Positions 1 to 10,164 are shown, counted from the stretch's first letter. The stretch: DNA of 64,000 nucleotides from an uncultured bacterium (GCA_963978095.1 CAXBQP010000005.1:1-64000); one strand, 5' to 3'. Translations and numbers: made by a program. Notes: generated by a model not told the origin, from the sequence alone.

Positions 1-99
1 GAGGCCGACATCATCGCGCTCGACGGTGATCCCTTGACGGACATCACCGCCGTGCGGAAGGTGGCCTTCGTGATGCGGAGTGGGAAGGTTCGGCAGTAG
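1..99 (+). CDS. 3' end of a metal-dependent amidohydrolase family protein (partial)
   Basis: Frame 1 reads EADIIALDGDPLTDITAVRKVAFVMRSGKVRQ*, the typical ADxxxxDGDPLxDI...VMxxG C-terminal signature; TAG at 97-99. Confidence 0.8.
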   Translation, partial: EADIIALDGDPLTDITAVRKVAFVMRSGKVRQ

Positions 100-128
100 C
101 CGCAGCGCACGACCGTCTCCGGTATGTG

Positions 129-162
129 ACGAGGGGCGCGCTCCGCAGAGCGCGCCCCTCGT
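129..162. terminator. GC-rich hairpin between convergent genes, probable bidirectional terminator
   Basis: ACGAGGGGCGCGCTC-CGCA-GAGCGCGCCCCTCGT, perfect 15-bp stem; no U-tract. Confidence 0.7.
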
Positions 163-183
163 GTCTCGTACCCTTCCGCCAGC

Positions 184-1233
184 TTATCGCTCCGTGAGTG
201 TCCCCAGGAACTCCTTGAGATAGCCACCCCAGATCGCTGGCAACGAGTGCGTCCCATGCCCCCGCGTCTGATCCGTGATCGGCAGCAGCACGAACTTCAC
301 ATTCTTCATCCCGCTGGTGAGCTTCTCCACCACCCCGAGCTCGGGCGGATTCACGAAATCGTCCGCCGAGTTGATCGCCAGCACCGGCGCCTGCACCGCG
401 CCCAGATGCGATGACGGGTCGTATTCCCGACTCGACGCGAACTGATACAGCATGTCGTTCGCGTCCGTGGTCTTGACGCGGTCATCCACGTACTTCCGGA
501 TCACTTCGTCGGCGCGGTCGCGAGTCGGCGCCTGCTTCAGCTGCTGCAGTGGCGCGCTCGTCATCATGTACAGGAACCCCTGCGCGGCCTTCAGCCCCGG
601 CGGCTGCGTCTTGTACTCGCCCCCCATCCACGCCGGATCGTTGGTGATGTTGTCCATGATCAGCGTCCGGATCATCCGGTTGCGCCCCACGATCGCCGTC
701 GGCGCGCAGGCGAGCGGCACGAGGCCATCCATGAACGCCGGATACGTGTACCCCCACACCCACCCCTGCATGCACCCCATCGACGTGCCCATCACCAAGC
801 GCAGGTGATTCACGCCGAGCCCTTCGGTGAGCAGCACATGATGCGCGCGCACCATGTCCTCATAGGTGTACTTCGGGAACTTGGCGTGCATCCCATCGCT
901 GGGCTTGCTCGACCCGCCGTGGCCGATCCCGTCGGGGAGCACCACGTAGTACTTGGCGGTGTCGAGCAACTTCCCGGGACCGAACAGCTCCCCCGCGAAG
1001 TTCGCACTCAGGAAGCCGCGCCCAGTACCACCGGTGCCATGCAGCACGATCACCGCGTTGCGCACCTTCCCCGAGGCATCCTTCCGCGGCGCGCCGAGCG
1101 TCGTGTAGTGCAATTTCAACTCGGCGAGCTTCTCGCCCGTGTTGAACGTGAAGTTCTTGGCAACATAGTCCCCTTCCTTGCCTTGGGCGGCAACAGTCGA
1201 GGCGGCGAGGACGAGTAGCAGCAAAGCACGCAT
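184..1233 (-). CDS. Exported alpha/beta hydrolase, homoserine O-acetyltransferase (MetX)-like family
   Basis: LHYTTLG, HGTGG, nucleophile elbow GTSMGCM, SADD, GHGTH; signal peptide MRALLLLVLAASTVAAQ; start chosen at ATG 1233. Confidence 0.8.
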   Translation of the reverse strand: MRALLLLVLAASTVAAQGKEGDYVAKNFTFNTGEKLAELKLHYTTLGAPRKDASGKVRNAVIVLHGTGGTGRGFLSANFAGELFGPGKLLDTAKYYVVLPDGIGHGGSSKPSDGMHAKFPKYTYEDMVRAHHVLLTEGLGVNHLRLVMGTSMGCMQGWVWGYTYPAFMDGLVPLACAPTAIVGRNRMIRTLIMDNITNDPAWMGGEYKTQPPGLKAAQGFLYMMTSAPLQQLKQAPTRDRADEVIRKYVDDRVKTTDANDMLYQFASSREYDPSSHLGAVQAPVLAINSADDFVNPPELGVVEKLTSGMKNVKFVLLPITDQTRGHGTHSLPAIWGGYLKEFLGTLTER

Positions 1234-1327
1234 GGTCGTGGCGGGTGGAGGGTCTGCGTGGAATCTACGAAGGCGGCCTCCGCGCCGCGCTAGGCGCCAT
1301 ATTTCGGGACCACTCGAATCCGCCCCC

Positions 1328-2446
1328 GTGCATAACACCCCGATCTGGGACGACGGTCAGTCCCTCCCCCTCCGCCCGCTCGACGGTGATGTCGAGACCG
1401 AGGTCTGCGTCATCGGGCTTGGGGGATCGGGACTCACCGCCCTCGACGAACTCACCACCATGGGGCGCGGCGCCGTGGGGATCGACGCCGTCGGGATCGC
1501 CCCGGGCGCTGCCGGCCGTAACGGTGGACTGTTGCTCGGCGGAACCGCCGATTTCCATCACGATGCCATCGCAACCCTCGGGCACCAACGGGCTTTGGGG
1601 ATTCATCGCGAGACGATGGCCGAGATCCGCCGCATCGACGAGCAGGCTCCGGGGGTGGTGCGCTACACTGGGTCGATCCGCCTCTCGTCCGGCCCCGACG
1701 AGGACGCGGACATCGCCCGCCAGCGCGAAGCGATGCTCGCCGACGGGATCCGCTGCGAGCGCTACGAGAGTCCGCTCGGTCACGGCATCTACATGCCCGA
1801 CGATGCCTGCTTCCACCCGCAACGTCGCGGTCGCGCTCTCGCCGAGCGGGTGATCGCCCAGGGGGCTCGCCTCTACGGGCAGACGCGCGCCACGCGCTAC
1901 TCGGCTACGGAAGTACACACCGACAGCGGCACCATCCGGTGCGAGCGGGTGATCGTGGCGGTCGATGGCCGGCTCGAGGTGCTGGTTCCCGAACTCGCAG
2001 GGCGCGTACGGTCCGCCCGGCTTCAGATGCTCGCGACCGCGCCGATCGCCGAGCCACGCTTCCCCGCCCCGATTTCCACCCGCTACGGCTACGACTACTG
2101 GCAGCAAGCCCCAGACGGTTCCGTGGCCCTCGGTGGCGGGCGCGACCAGTCGGTGGATACCGAATGGACCACGAACGCCGAGCCGACCGAGCAGATCCAA
2201 GGGTATCTCGAGCGGACGCTCCGTTCGAGATGCGGGGTCGCCGCGCCGATCACCCATCGGTGGGCGGCTTCCGTCTCGTACACGGAGACCGGGCTCCCGG
2301 TGTGCGAAGAGCTCCGCCCAGGACTCTGGGTGATCGGTGCATACAGCGGGACCGGCAATGTCATGGGCGCCCTCTGCGGCCGAGCCGCCGCGCGCGCGGT
2401 GAGCGGTGAGACCACCACGTTCGCTAGACTTCTGTGGTATCCCTAA
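1328..2446 (+). CDS. FAD-dependent oxidoreductase (DAO/PuuB-like family)
   Basis: VIGLGGSG Rossmann motif, GAAGRNGG, C-terminal AYSGTG; start GTG 1328 inferred. Confidence 0.85.
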   Translation: MHNTPIWDDGQSLPLRPLDGDVETEVCVIGLGGSGLTALDELTTMGRGAVGIDAVGIAPGAAGRNGGLLLGGTADFHHDAIATLGHQRALGIHRETMAEIRRIDEQAPGVVRYTGSIRLSSGPDEDADIARQREAMLADGIRCERYESPLGHGIYMPDDACFHPQRRGRALAERVIAQGARLYGQTRATRYSATEVHTDSGTIRCERVIVAVDGRLEVLVPELAGRVRSARLQMLATAPIAEPRFPAPISTRYGYDYWQQAPDGSVALGGGRDQSVDTEWTTNAEPTEQIQGYLERTLRSRCGVAAPITHRWAASVSYTETGLPVCEELRPGLWVIGAYSGTGNVMGALCGRAAARAVSGETTTFARLLWYP

Positions 2447-2464
2447 GACCAGAGGCGATTCCTG

Positions 2465-2830
2465 ATGGTTGGCATCACGATCGAAGGTGGCCGCGTCGTG
2501 TTCGAAATCGAAGGGTGGGACAAGCTCTGGGCGCTCAAGAGCCGCCTTGAAATCCCCCTCGATCACATCAAGAGCGTCAGCGTCGATGACGACGCCGCCA
2601 AAGGGTGGTGGCACGGGCTGAAGCTGGGCGGCTCCGATCTCCCCGGCGTCATCACGGCCGGGACCTTCTACACGAACGGGCGGTTGGTCTTTTTCGACAC
2701 CCACGCGCCGGATCATACGATCGTCGTGGAGCTCGATGATCACGAGAAGTATGACCGGCTCATCCTCCAGGTGCGGGATCCGGCCGCGACGGCCGCCAAG
2801 ATCAACGCGGCGCTCACGCGACGTGCGTAG
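2465..2830 (+). CDS. Hypothetical protein (small beta-rich, possibly PH-like fold)
   Basis: Compact ORF with normal codon usage between co-oriented genes; LPGVITAGTF motif. Confidence 0.7.
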   Translation: MVGITIEGGRVVFEIEGWDKLWALKSRLEIPLDHIKSVSVDDDAAKGWWHGLKLGGSDLPGVITAGTFYTNGRLVFFDTHAPDHTIVVELDDHEKYDRLILQVRDPAATAAKINAALTRRA

Positions 2831-2907
2831 TCGGCTCCAGACCGGCAGGGCGGAGGCCCCCCGGCCCGGGCGGGGCGGACGGCCGTCGCCCGTCGTAGTT
2901 TAGAGGG

Positions 2908-4329
2908 ATGCGTCCTTTCCGTATCACGACCCTGGTCGCGCTCCTGCTCGCGTCGCCGAGCACGCTGGCCGCACAGGATCGCTCGGCGGTGCAACAGTCC
3001 GCGCGCGAGATCCTCCGCGAGCTGATCGGCATCAACACCGATGGCGATTCCGGAAGCACCACGGCGGCCGCCCAAGCCTTGGCCAAGCGGCTGATCGCCG
3101 CGGGATTCCCGGCGCAGGATGTCTCGATCGTGGGGCCATCGTCGAACCCCAAGAACTGGAATCTGGTCGCACGGTATCGCGGCCGCGGCAAGGCCAAGCC
3201 GATCCTCCTGATGGCGCATCTCGATGTCGTGACGGCACGCCCTGCCGACTGGTCGATCGCGCCCTACGCCCTCACCGAGAAGGACGGGTTCCTCTACGGC
3301 CGTGGGACGAGCGACCAGAAGAACGGCTGTGCGCTGCTCGTCGCGTCGCTGATTCAGCTGAAGCAGGAAGGGGTCGTGCCCGACCGCGACCTGATCCTCG
3401 CCCTGACGGCCGGCGAGGAAGGGGGGATCGACTATGTCGGGATGGAGTGGCTCGTGCAGAACCAGCGTCCGTTGATCGACGCCGAGTTCGCATGGAACGT
3501 CGATGCCGGCGATCCGCAGCTGAAGAACGGCCAGCGGATCGCACGTGTGGTCCAAGCCAGCGAGAAGGTCTATGCGACCTTCGCGCTCGAGGCGACCAAC
3601 ACGGGCGGCCACTCCTCGCTCCCCACCAAGGACAACGCGATCTACCACGTGACGGCGGCCGTCAACAAGATTGCGGCGCACGAGTTCCCGCTCCACTGGA
3701 GTGAGATCACCCGCGGCTGGTTCGCGCAGATGATGCGAACCGAACCGCCAGCTGTCGCTGCGGACATCCGCGCCGTCCTGGCGCCGAAGCCGGACCCGGC
3801 GGCGATCGCACGGCTTTCCCGGAATGCGCTGTTCAACGCCCAGATGCGTACCACCTGTGTGGCCACGATGTTCGAGGCGGGTCATGCGGAGAATGCCCTC
3901 CCCCAGCGGGCAAAAGCGACCATCAACTGCCGCATACTCCCGACCGAATCTGCAGACGCCACCGCGCGAACATTGACGCGACTCATTGCCGACACCGCCG
4001 TCCACATCACCCCGGTCGGGGCGATCGTCCCGAGCCCTCCGTCTCCGCTCACACCGGCCGTCCTCGCGCCGCTCGCCGCGGTGACGGCGCGCTTCTACCC
4101 TAAGCTCCCGATCGTGCCCTTGATGGAGACCGGCGCGACCGACGGGATCTTCCTCCGCAATGCCGGCATCCCCACGTACGGGATCTCCGCGCTTTTCCTG
4201 GATGTCGACGATACGCGCGCGCACGGACGCGACGAGCGTATCATCGCCGCCGAGTTCGATCGTGCCGCCGAGTATCAACTCGCGCTGCTCAAGGCATTCG
4301 TCACTACGACTAATCCCACCGTCCCATGA
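2908..4329 (+). CDS. M20/M25/M40 family metallopeptidase, exported
   Basis: MAHLDVV, YGRGTSDQK, GEEGG, GGHSS, AHGRDE motifs; signal peptide. Confidence 0.92.
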   Translation: MRPFRITTLVALLLASPSTLAAQDRSAVQQSAREILRELIGINTDGDSGSTTAAAQALAKRLIAAGFPAQDVSIVGPSSNPKNWNLVARYRGRGKAKPILLMAHLDVVTARPADWSIAPYALTEKDGFLYGRGTSDQKNGCALLVASLIQLKQEGVVPDRDLILALTAGEEGGIDYVGMEWLVQNQRPLIDAEFAWNVDAGDPQLKNGQRIARVVQASEKVYATFALEATNTGGHSSLPTKDNAIYHVTAAVNKIAAHEFPLHWSEITRGWFAQMMRTEPPAVAADIRAVLAPKPDPAAIARLSRNALFNAQMRTTCVATMFEAGHAENALPQRAKATINCRILPTESADATARTLTRLIADTAVHITPVGAIVPSPPSPLTPAVLAPLAAVTARFYPKLPIVPLMETGATDGIFLRNAGIPTYGISALFLDVDDTRAHGRDERIIAAEFDRAAEYQLALLKAFVTTTNPTVP

Positions 4330-6623
4330 TCCGCCGCTCGCTCCGCCGACTGCTCGCCTGCCTCGCCCTGACCATCGCCGGACCGCTCGGTACCAGCCTC
4401 GCGGCGCAACAATCCCCCACCCGGGAGTCCCCGCTCCTTTCGGTCGACCGGATCTTCAACTCGCGGGAGTTCCGCGGCGAGGGATTCGGCCCGGTGCGCT
4501 GGCTGGACGACAGCACCTACACCGCCGTCGAACCGTCGAGCAGTGGCAAGGGCGCAGACCTCGTGCGGTACGACGCAGCGAGCGGCAAGAAGCGTGTGCT
4601 GGTCAGCGCGGCCCAACTCACCCCACCGGGCGCCAAGGAACCGCTCGACATCGAAGACTACGAGTGGTCGCCCGCGCATGACCGCTTGCTGGTGTTCACC
4701 AACTCGGCGCGAGTCTGGCGCGCCAACTCGCGCGGCGATTTCTGGGTGCTGGATCTCACGAGCGGGAAACTCGCCAAGCTCGGCGGCGCCAAGGCGAAAC
4801 CGTCGAGCCTCCAGTTCGCCAAGTTCTCGCCGGATGGTAAGCGCGTCGCCTATGTGCGCGAGCACAACATCTACGTGGAACAGGTGCTCTACCACGAGGT
4901 GATCGCGCTGACCGCGGACGGCTCAGTCACCACGATCAACGGCACGTTCGACTGGGTATACGAGGAAGAACTGTCGATGCGCGACGGCTTCCGCTGGAGC
5001 CCCGACGGGTCGAAGATCGCGTACTGGCAACTCGATGCCAGGGGAGTGCGCGACTTCCTGCTCATCAACAACACCGACTCGCTGTACTCCTTCGTGAAGC
5101 CGGTGCAGTACCCGAAGGCAGGGACCACCAACTCGGCCGCGCGCGTCGGCGTCGTGAGCGCGGAAGGCGGAGCGACCACATGGATGAAGGTCCCCGGGGA
5201 TCCCCGCAACAACTATCTGGCGCGCATGGATTGGGCCGGTCCGTCGTCCGCAGACCTCACGATCCAGCAACTCGATCGCCGGCAGCGGCAGAACACCCTC
5301 TGGCTCGCCACGGCCCGCACCGGAGCCGTGCAGTCCGTGCTCGTGGAGAAGGACAGTGCGTGGCTCGACATCTCCGATGACCACGACGACTACGGTCCAG
5401 GCCCGTCGTTGCACTGGATCACCCCACAATCGTTTCTCTGGCTGAGCGAGCGCGACGGGTGGCGCCATGCGTACGTCGTCCGTCGCGACGGCACCGCCAC
5501 GCTCGTCACCAAAGGCAGCTACGACGTGATGAAGGTCGTGCGCCTCGACGTTTCCGCAGGCTGGCTCTATTACCACGCGTCGCCATTGAACGGGACACAG
5601 CTCTTCTTGTTCCGCACGAGACTCGACGGCACCGGTGCGCCCGAGCGCATCACGCCGGTCGCGAGCCGCGGACGCCACGATTACGACATCTCCACGAACG
5701 GCTCGTGGGCCATCCACAGTTTCTCGTCGTGGGGCACGCCGACGACGGTCGATCTGGTGCGGCTGCCCACGCACAGTGTGGCCCGCACGCTCGTCAGCAA
5801 CTCCGCGCTCAAGGCGCGACTCTCCGGCCTCAAGCAGGGGCCGATGGAGTTCTTCCAGGTCGACGTCGGCAACGGCGTGAAGCTCGACGGATGGATGATG
5901 AAGCCCGCCGATTTCGACCCGAACAAGAAGTACCCGGTCCTGTTCTACGTGTATGGCGAGCCCGCCTCGCAAACGGTCACCGATGCCTACGGCGGGTCGC
6001 GCTGGCTCTGGCACCTGATGCTCACGCAACAGGGTTACATCGTCGCGAGCATCGACAACCGTGGCACGCCGAGCCCGCGCGGTCGCGACTTCCGGAAGGC
6101 CGTGCTGAATCGCATCGGAGCACTGCGCGTGCAGGAACAGTCGGCGGCGGCGCGCGCACTGGCCCAGCGATCGTATGTGGACAGCACGCGCATGGGAGTC
6201 TGGGGATGGAGCGGCGGAGGCTCCTCGACGCTCCTGCTCATGTTCCGCGCACCGGACGTCTACCGGATGGGGATGTCCGTGGCGCCGGTCGCGGACGTCC
6301 ACAACTACGACACGATTTATCAGGAGCGCTACGTCGGCCTGCCCACCACGGATGCGGCGGCGTACAAAGATGCGAGCGCCATCAATTTCGTGAATGGACT
6401 CAAGGGCGACCTGCTCGTCGTCCACGGATCGGGCGACGACAACGTGCACTTCCAAGGCACCGAGCAGCTGATCAACGCCTTGGTAGCCGCGAACAAACCC
6501 TTCTCGATGATGGAATACCCGAATCGGACCCACGGGATTTACGAGGGGCCCGGCACGACCGTCCATCTCTACAACTTGCTGACCAAGTATCTGCGCGAAC
6601 ATCTCCCTGCCGGCGGCCGCTGA
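4326..6623 (+). CDS. Dipeptidyl peptidase IV (S9B), exported
   Basis: DWVYEEE, YPKAG, GWSGGG nucleophile, HGSGDDNVH, catalytic His in RTHG; ATGA overlap with the M20 gene. Confidence 0.95.
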   Translation: MIRRSLRRLLACLALTIAGPLGTSLAAQQSPTRESPLLSVDRIFNSREFRGEGFGPVRWLDDSTYTAVEPSSSGKGADLVRYDAASGKKRVLVSAAQLTPPGAKEPLDIEDYEWSPAHDRLLVFTNSARVWRANSRGDFWVLDLTSGKLAKLGGAKAKPSSLQFAKFSPDGKRVAYVREHNIYVEQVLYHEVIALTADGSVTTINGTFDWVYEEELSMRDGFRWSPDGSKIAYWQLDARGVRDFLLINNTDSLYSFVKPVQYPKAGTTNSAARVGVVSAEGGATTWMKVPGDPRNNYLARMDWAGPSSADLTIQQLDRRQRQNTLWLATARTGAVQSVLVEKDSAWLDISDDHDDYGPGPSLHWITPQSFLWLSERDGWRHAYVVRRDGTATLVTKGSYDVMKVVRLDVSAGWLYYHASPLNGTQLFLFRTRLDGTGAPERITPVASRGRHDYDISTNGSWAIHSFSSWGTPTTVDLVRLPTHSVARTLVSNSALKARLSGLKQGPMEFFQVDVGNGVKLDGWMMKPADFDPNKKYPVLFYVYGEPASQTVTDAYGGSRWLWHLMLTQQGYIVASIDNRGTPSPRGRDFRKAVLNRIGALRVQEQSAAARALAQRSYVDSTRMGVWGWSGGGSSTLLLMFRAPDVYRMGMSVAPVADVHNYDTIYQERYVGLPTTDAAAYKDASAINFVNGLKGDLLVVHGSGDDNVHFQGTEQLINALVAANKPFSMMEYPNRTHGIYEGPGTTVHLYNLLTKYLREHLPAGGR

Positions 6624-6651
6624 GCCGCGTCCCTTCACCTCCCTCCCACGA

Positions 6652-8232
6652 ATGATGCGTCTCACTCCGCTCCTCCTGCTCGGTGTTTCCCTCTCACTGG
6701 CGGCGCAACGCCCGGCCAAGAGCGCTGCCCCCGGCAAGTACCCCGCGGCTCCCGCCGCCGCGATGGCGGCGATCAAGGAGGCCGACCTCAAGCGCGACCT
6801 GTATGCCATGGCCGGCGACGCGATGCGCGGACGCGAGGCCGGCTCACTCGACGAGATGCGCGCCTCCATCTGGGTCGCGGAGCAGCTGCGCACCATCGGT
6901 GTGAAGCCCGCCGGCGACGACGGCACCTACTTCCAATGGTGGAACATGCGCCGGACCCGCGTCTCAACAGCGGCCAGCAGCGTGAAGAGCGGTGGCAAGA
7001 CGCTCGAACTCTGGAAAGACGTGGTCCCGACCGGAAACGCGGAAGGCGATGGTGCGGGCCCAGTGCTGTTCGTCGGGGACGGCGGTGACAGCACGGTCGA
7101 TGTGCGCGGCAAGGTCGCGGTCGTGACGATGTCCGCCCCGCCGCGCCCGGTCTTGCAGGAAGGGACCAATACCTACGAGTACCGCTACGCCACCAGCGCG
7201 ATCCAAGCCACGACGGCAAAGTTCCGTGGTCGCGGCGCGGCCGCCGTCATCATCATCGCCGACTCGACGGCGGACATCGCCTTCGACGGCTACGCGGCCA
7301 TCCGTTCGCGCGGCACCTACGACGTGGAAGGGGGCGCCCCACGCTTCGCACCGGCGGCCGCGGGTGCCGCCGGGGCAGCTGGTACCGGCGGCCGCGGTGG
7401 CGCCGGTGGAGCCAACGGCAGCGGCGCGATGCCGGCCGTGGTATTGCTCGCCCGGCGCAACGCGCTGAACAGCTACAAGAACGCCGGGACGGTGGAAGCG
7501 CACATCCGCATCGAACGCTTCGACTCGCCCTCGGTCAACATCGTGGGCGTCATCAAGGGTACCGATCCGAAGCTCAGGGACGAATATGTCCTCTACAGTT
7601 CGCATCAGGATCACGACGGGGTGCGCTTCGAAACCCACGGCGACTCCATCTGGAACGGCGCCGACGACAACGCCTCGGTCAGCGTCGCGCTGCTCGCCAC
7701 CGCTCGCGCCTTCGTGAAGAATCCGGGCAAGCGGTCCGTCCTCTTCGTCTACCACGGCGCTGAGGAGCGCGGACTTCTGGGTTCACGGTACCATGCCGCC
7801 CACCCGGTGGTACCACTGCAGCAGATCGTCGCCGTCCTCAATGGCGACATGATCGGCCGCAACAACCCGGATTCCGCGTCCATCCTCGGCATCCAGCCCC
7901 CCCACAAGAACTCGTCCGAACTCGTCGACATGGCCCTCGCGGCCAACAACATGACCGGCAAGTTCAAGCTGGATTCGATCTGGGATCGTCCGACCCATCC
8001 GGAAGGGTGGTATTTCCGCTCCGACCACGTCCCCTATGCCCGGCTCAACGTCCCGGCCATCGAATACTCCACCAACCTCCACCCGGACTACCACACGGTG
8101 CGCGATGAGCCCAGCCGGATCGACTATGCCAAGCTCACCCGGATGACCCAGTGGATGTACCTCACCGGGTGGTACGTGGCCAATGTCCCCAAGCGCCCCG
8201 GCATCGACCCGGGCTTCAAGCTCGAACGCTAG
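6652..8232 (+). CDS. M28 family metallopeptidase, exported
   Basis: SHQDH, NGADDNAS, AEERGLLGS, NGDMIG, RSDH, DYHT motifs. Confidence 0.92.
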   Translation: MMRLTPLLLLGVSLSLAAQRPAKSAAPGKYPAAPAAAMAAIKEADLKRDLYAMAGDAMRGREAGSLDEMRASIWVAEQLRTIGVKPAGDDGTYFQWWNMRRTRVSTAASSVKSGGKTLELWKDVVPTGNAEGDGAGPVLFVGDGGDSTVDVRGKVAVVTMSAPPRPVLQEGTNTYEYRYATSAIQATTAKFRGRGAAAVIIIADSTADIAFDGYAAIRSRGTYDVEGGAPRFAPAAAGAAGAAGTGGRGGAGGANGSGAMPAVVLLARRNALNSYKNAGTVEAHIRIERFDSPSVNIVGVIKGTDPKLRDEYVLYSSHQDHDGVRFETHGDSIWNGADDNASVSVALLATARAFVKNPGKRSVLFVYHGAEERGLLGSRYHAAHPVVPLQQIVAVLNGDMIGRNNPDSASILGIQPPHKNSSELVDMALAANNMTGKFKLDSIWDRPTHPEGWYFRSDHVPYARLNVPAIEYSTNLHPDYHTVRDEPSRIDYAKLTRMTQWMYLTGWYVANVPKRPGIDPGFKLER

Positions 8233-8327
8233 CAACAGGCAGGGGACTCCCTGACGGCTCCCACGGGCGCTTTCGATACATTTCGGAAGCGCCCGTTGCG
8301 TTCTTCCCCGCTCCGTGAGTCCCCCCT

Positions 8328-10088
8328 ATGGCCAATCATCTCGCCGACCCGGATCACAACCCGTCGTTCACCAAGGGCGTCTTCCTGGGAGAAATTCGCG
8401 AAGACCTCGTGTTCCCCTTTCCGGAACTCGCAAAAGACGAAGCGGAGAATCTCGCCGCCGTCCTCGACTCCTTTCGTTCGTGGGCGGCGGACACGGTGAA
8501 CTCCGCGCAGCTGGACCACGACGGCAAGTTCCCCGATGCGGTCCGTACGGGCATGGCGGAACTCGGCATGATGGGGATGAACATTCCCGAGGCCTACGGC
8601 GGATTCGGTGCCTCGGCGCTCTTCTTCAGTCGCATGTTCGCCGAAGTCGGGACCACGGACCCCGCCCTCACGGTGTATTTCGGCGCCCACCAGTCGATCG
8701 GATGCAAAGGCATTACCCTGTTCGGCACCGAAGCGCAAAAGCAACGCTGGCTCACCAAGTGCGCGTCCGGTGAACTCATCGCGGCATTCTGCCTGACCGA
8801 AGCGGGCTCCGGCTCCGACGCCCAAGCCATGCGAACCTCAGCCGTTCCCTCAGCCGATGGCTCGCACTATGTCCTCAACGGCGAGAAGATCTGGATTTCC
8901 AACGCAGGGTACGCGGGGGTCTTCACGGTGTTCGCCAAGGTGCCCGTGGAGATCGAGGGCAAGCTCAAGCAGCGTGTCACGGCGTTCATCGTGGACGCGC
9001 ACGCCCCGGGCATCACGCTTGGCGCCGTCGAACAGAAGATGGGGATCAAGGCGAGCGACACCCGCACCGTGAGTTTCGAGAACGTGCTCGTTCCGGTCGA
9101 GGATCGCCTCGGGGATGTGGGCGCGGGGTTCAAGATCGCCCTCGAAATCCTGAACAGCGGCCGACTCGGCCTCGCCGCCGGCTCATCACGCGGCACGCGC
9201 GCCATCCTCGACCGCGCGCTGGCCTACGCCAAGGAGCGTGAACAGTTCGGACGCCCGATCGGCTCCTTCGAGATGATCCAGCGCAAGTTCGCGGTGACCG
9301 CCGCCGAGTGCTACGCCGCCGACGCCGCGTGGATGACCTGTGCGGCGATGGTCGACCGGGGCGGGATCGATTTCTCCCTGGAGACGGCCGCCTGCAAAGT
9401 GTACGCGAGTGAACTCGCCTTCCGCGCTGCGTGCGACGCCCAGCAGATCGCCGGCGGCATCGGGTATTCCAAGGACTATCCCTACGAGCAGGCCGTGCGC
9501 GACAGTCGCATCAACCTGATTTTCGAAGGCACCAACGAGATCCTGCGCGCCCTCATCGCGCTCAGCGGATTGCAGCAGCCGGGAGAGAGCCTCAATGCAC
9601 TCGGCAAGGCGTTCAAGGATCCGCTCCACTCGCTCGGCGCGATCGGATCGTACATCACGGGCCGCGTCAAGAAACAGATCGTGAAACCCGAGTTCACCAA
9701 GGTGCATCCGGCACTCCAGGACGAGGCCGACATGGTGGCGGACGCGATCCATGGCCTCGCCTTGGCCGTCGAGAAGTGCCTGATCGAGCACGGCAAGAGC
9801 ATCATCGAGCGTCAGTTCCATCAGGAACGGATGGCCAACGCCGCCATCGACATCTTCTTCAGCACCGCCGCACTGTCACGCTGCACCTGGGCCATCCACA
9901 AGGCGGGATCGGTGGAGGCCGCGGGAGCGGACATCGACAACGTGAAGGTGTTCGTGCCCATGGCGATGCGTCGGACCCGCCGCTTCGTGCGGGCCCTCGA
10001 GAAGAACGCGGATGGCCGTCTCAAGGCCCTCGCCGAGCGGGCGCTCGCCAACGGGACGCTCACGGTCCAGACACCGACCGACGCCTGA
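8328..10088 (+). CDS. Acyl-CoA dehydrogenase (VLCAD/ACAD9-like long form)
   Basis: AHQSIG, FCLTEAGSGSD, LNGEKIWISN, REQFGRPIG, IFEGTNEILR; extra C-terminal helical domain. Confidence 0.95.
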   Translation: MANHLADPDHNPSFTKGVFLGEIREDLVFPFPELAKDEAENLAAVLDSFRSWAADTVNSAQLDHDGKFPDAVRTGMAELGMMGMNIPEAYGGFGASALFFSRMFAEVGTTDPALTVYFGAHQSIGCKGITLFGTEAQKQRWLTKCASGELIAAFCLTEAGSGSDAQAMRTSAVPSADGSHYVLNGEKIWISNAGYAGVFTVFAKVPVEIEGKLKQRVTAFIVDAHAPGITLGAVEQKMGIKASDTRTVSFENVLVPVEDRLGDVGAGFKIALEILNSGRLGLAAGSSRGTRAILDRALAYAKEREQFGRPIGSFEMIQRKFAVTAAECYAADAAWMTCAAMVDRGGIDFSLETAACKVYASELAFRAACDAQQIAGGIGYSKDYPYEQAVRDSRINLIFEGTNEILRALIALSGLQQPGESLNALGKAFKDPLHSLGAIGSYITGRVKKQIVKPEFTKVHPALQDEADMVADAIHGLALAVEKCLIEHGKSIIERQFHQERMANAAIDIFFSTAALSRCTWAIHKAGSVEAAGADIDNVKVFVPMAMRRTRRFVRALEKNADGRLKALAERALANGTLTVQTPTDA

Positions 10089-10111
10089 CCCGCGCACTTC
10101 GCGCGGGAACA

Positions 10112-10145
10112 ACGAGGGCGCCGTGCAACGGCACGGCGCCCTCGT
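10112..10145. terminator. Hairpin between convergent genes, probable bidirectional terminator
   Basis: ACGAGGGCGCCGTGC-AACG-GCACGGCGCCCTCGT, perfect 15-bp stem; smaller hairpin just upstream at 10089-10107. Confidence 0.7.
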
Positions 10146-10164
10146 GTCCATCATTCGTCGATCC

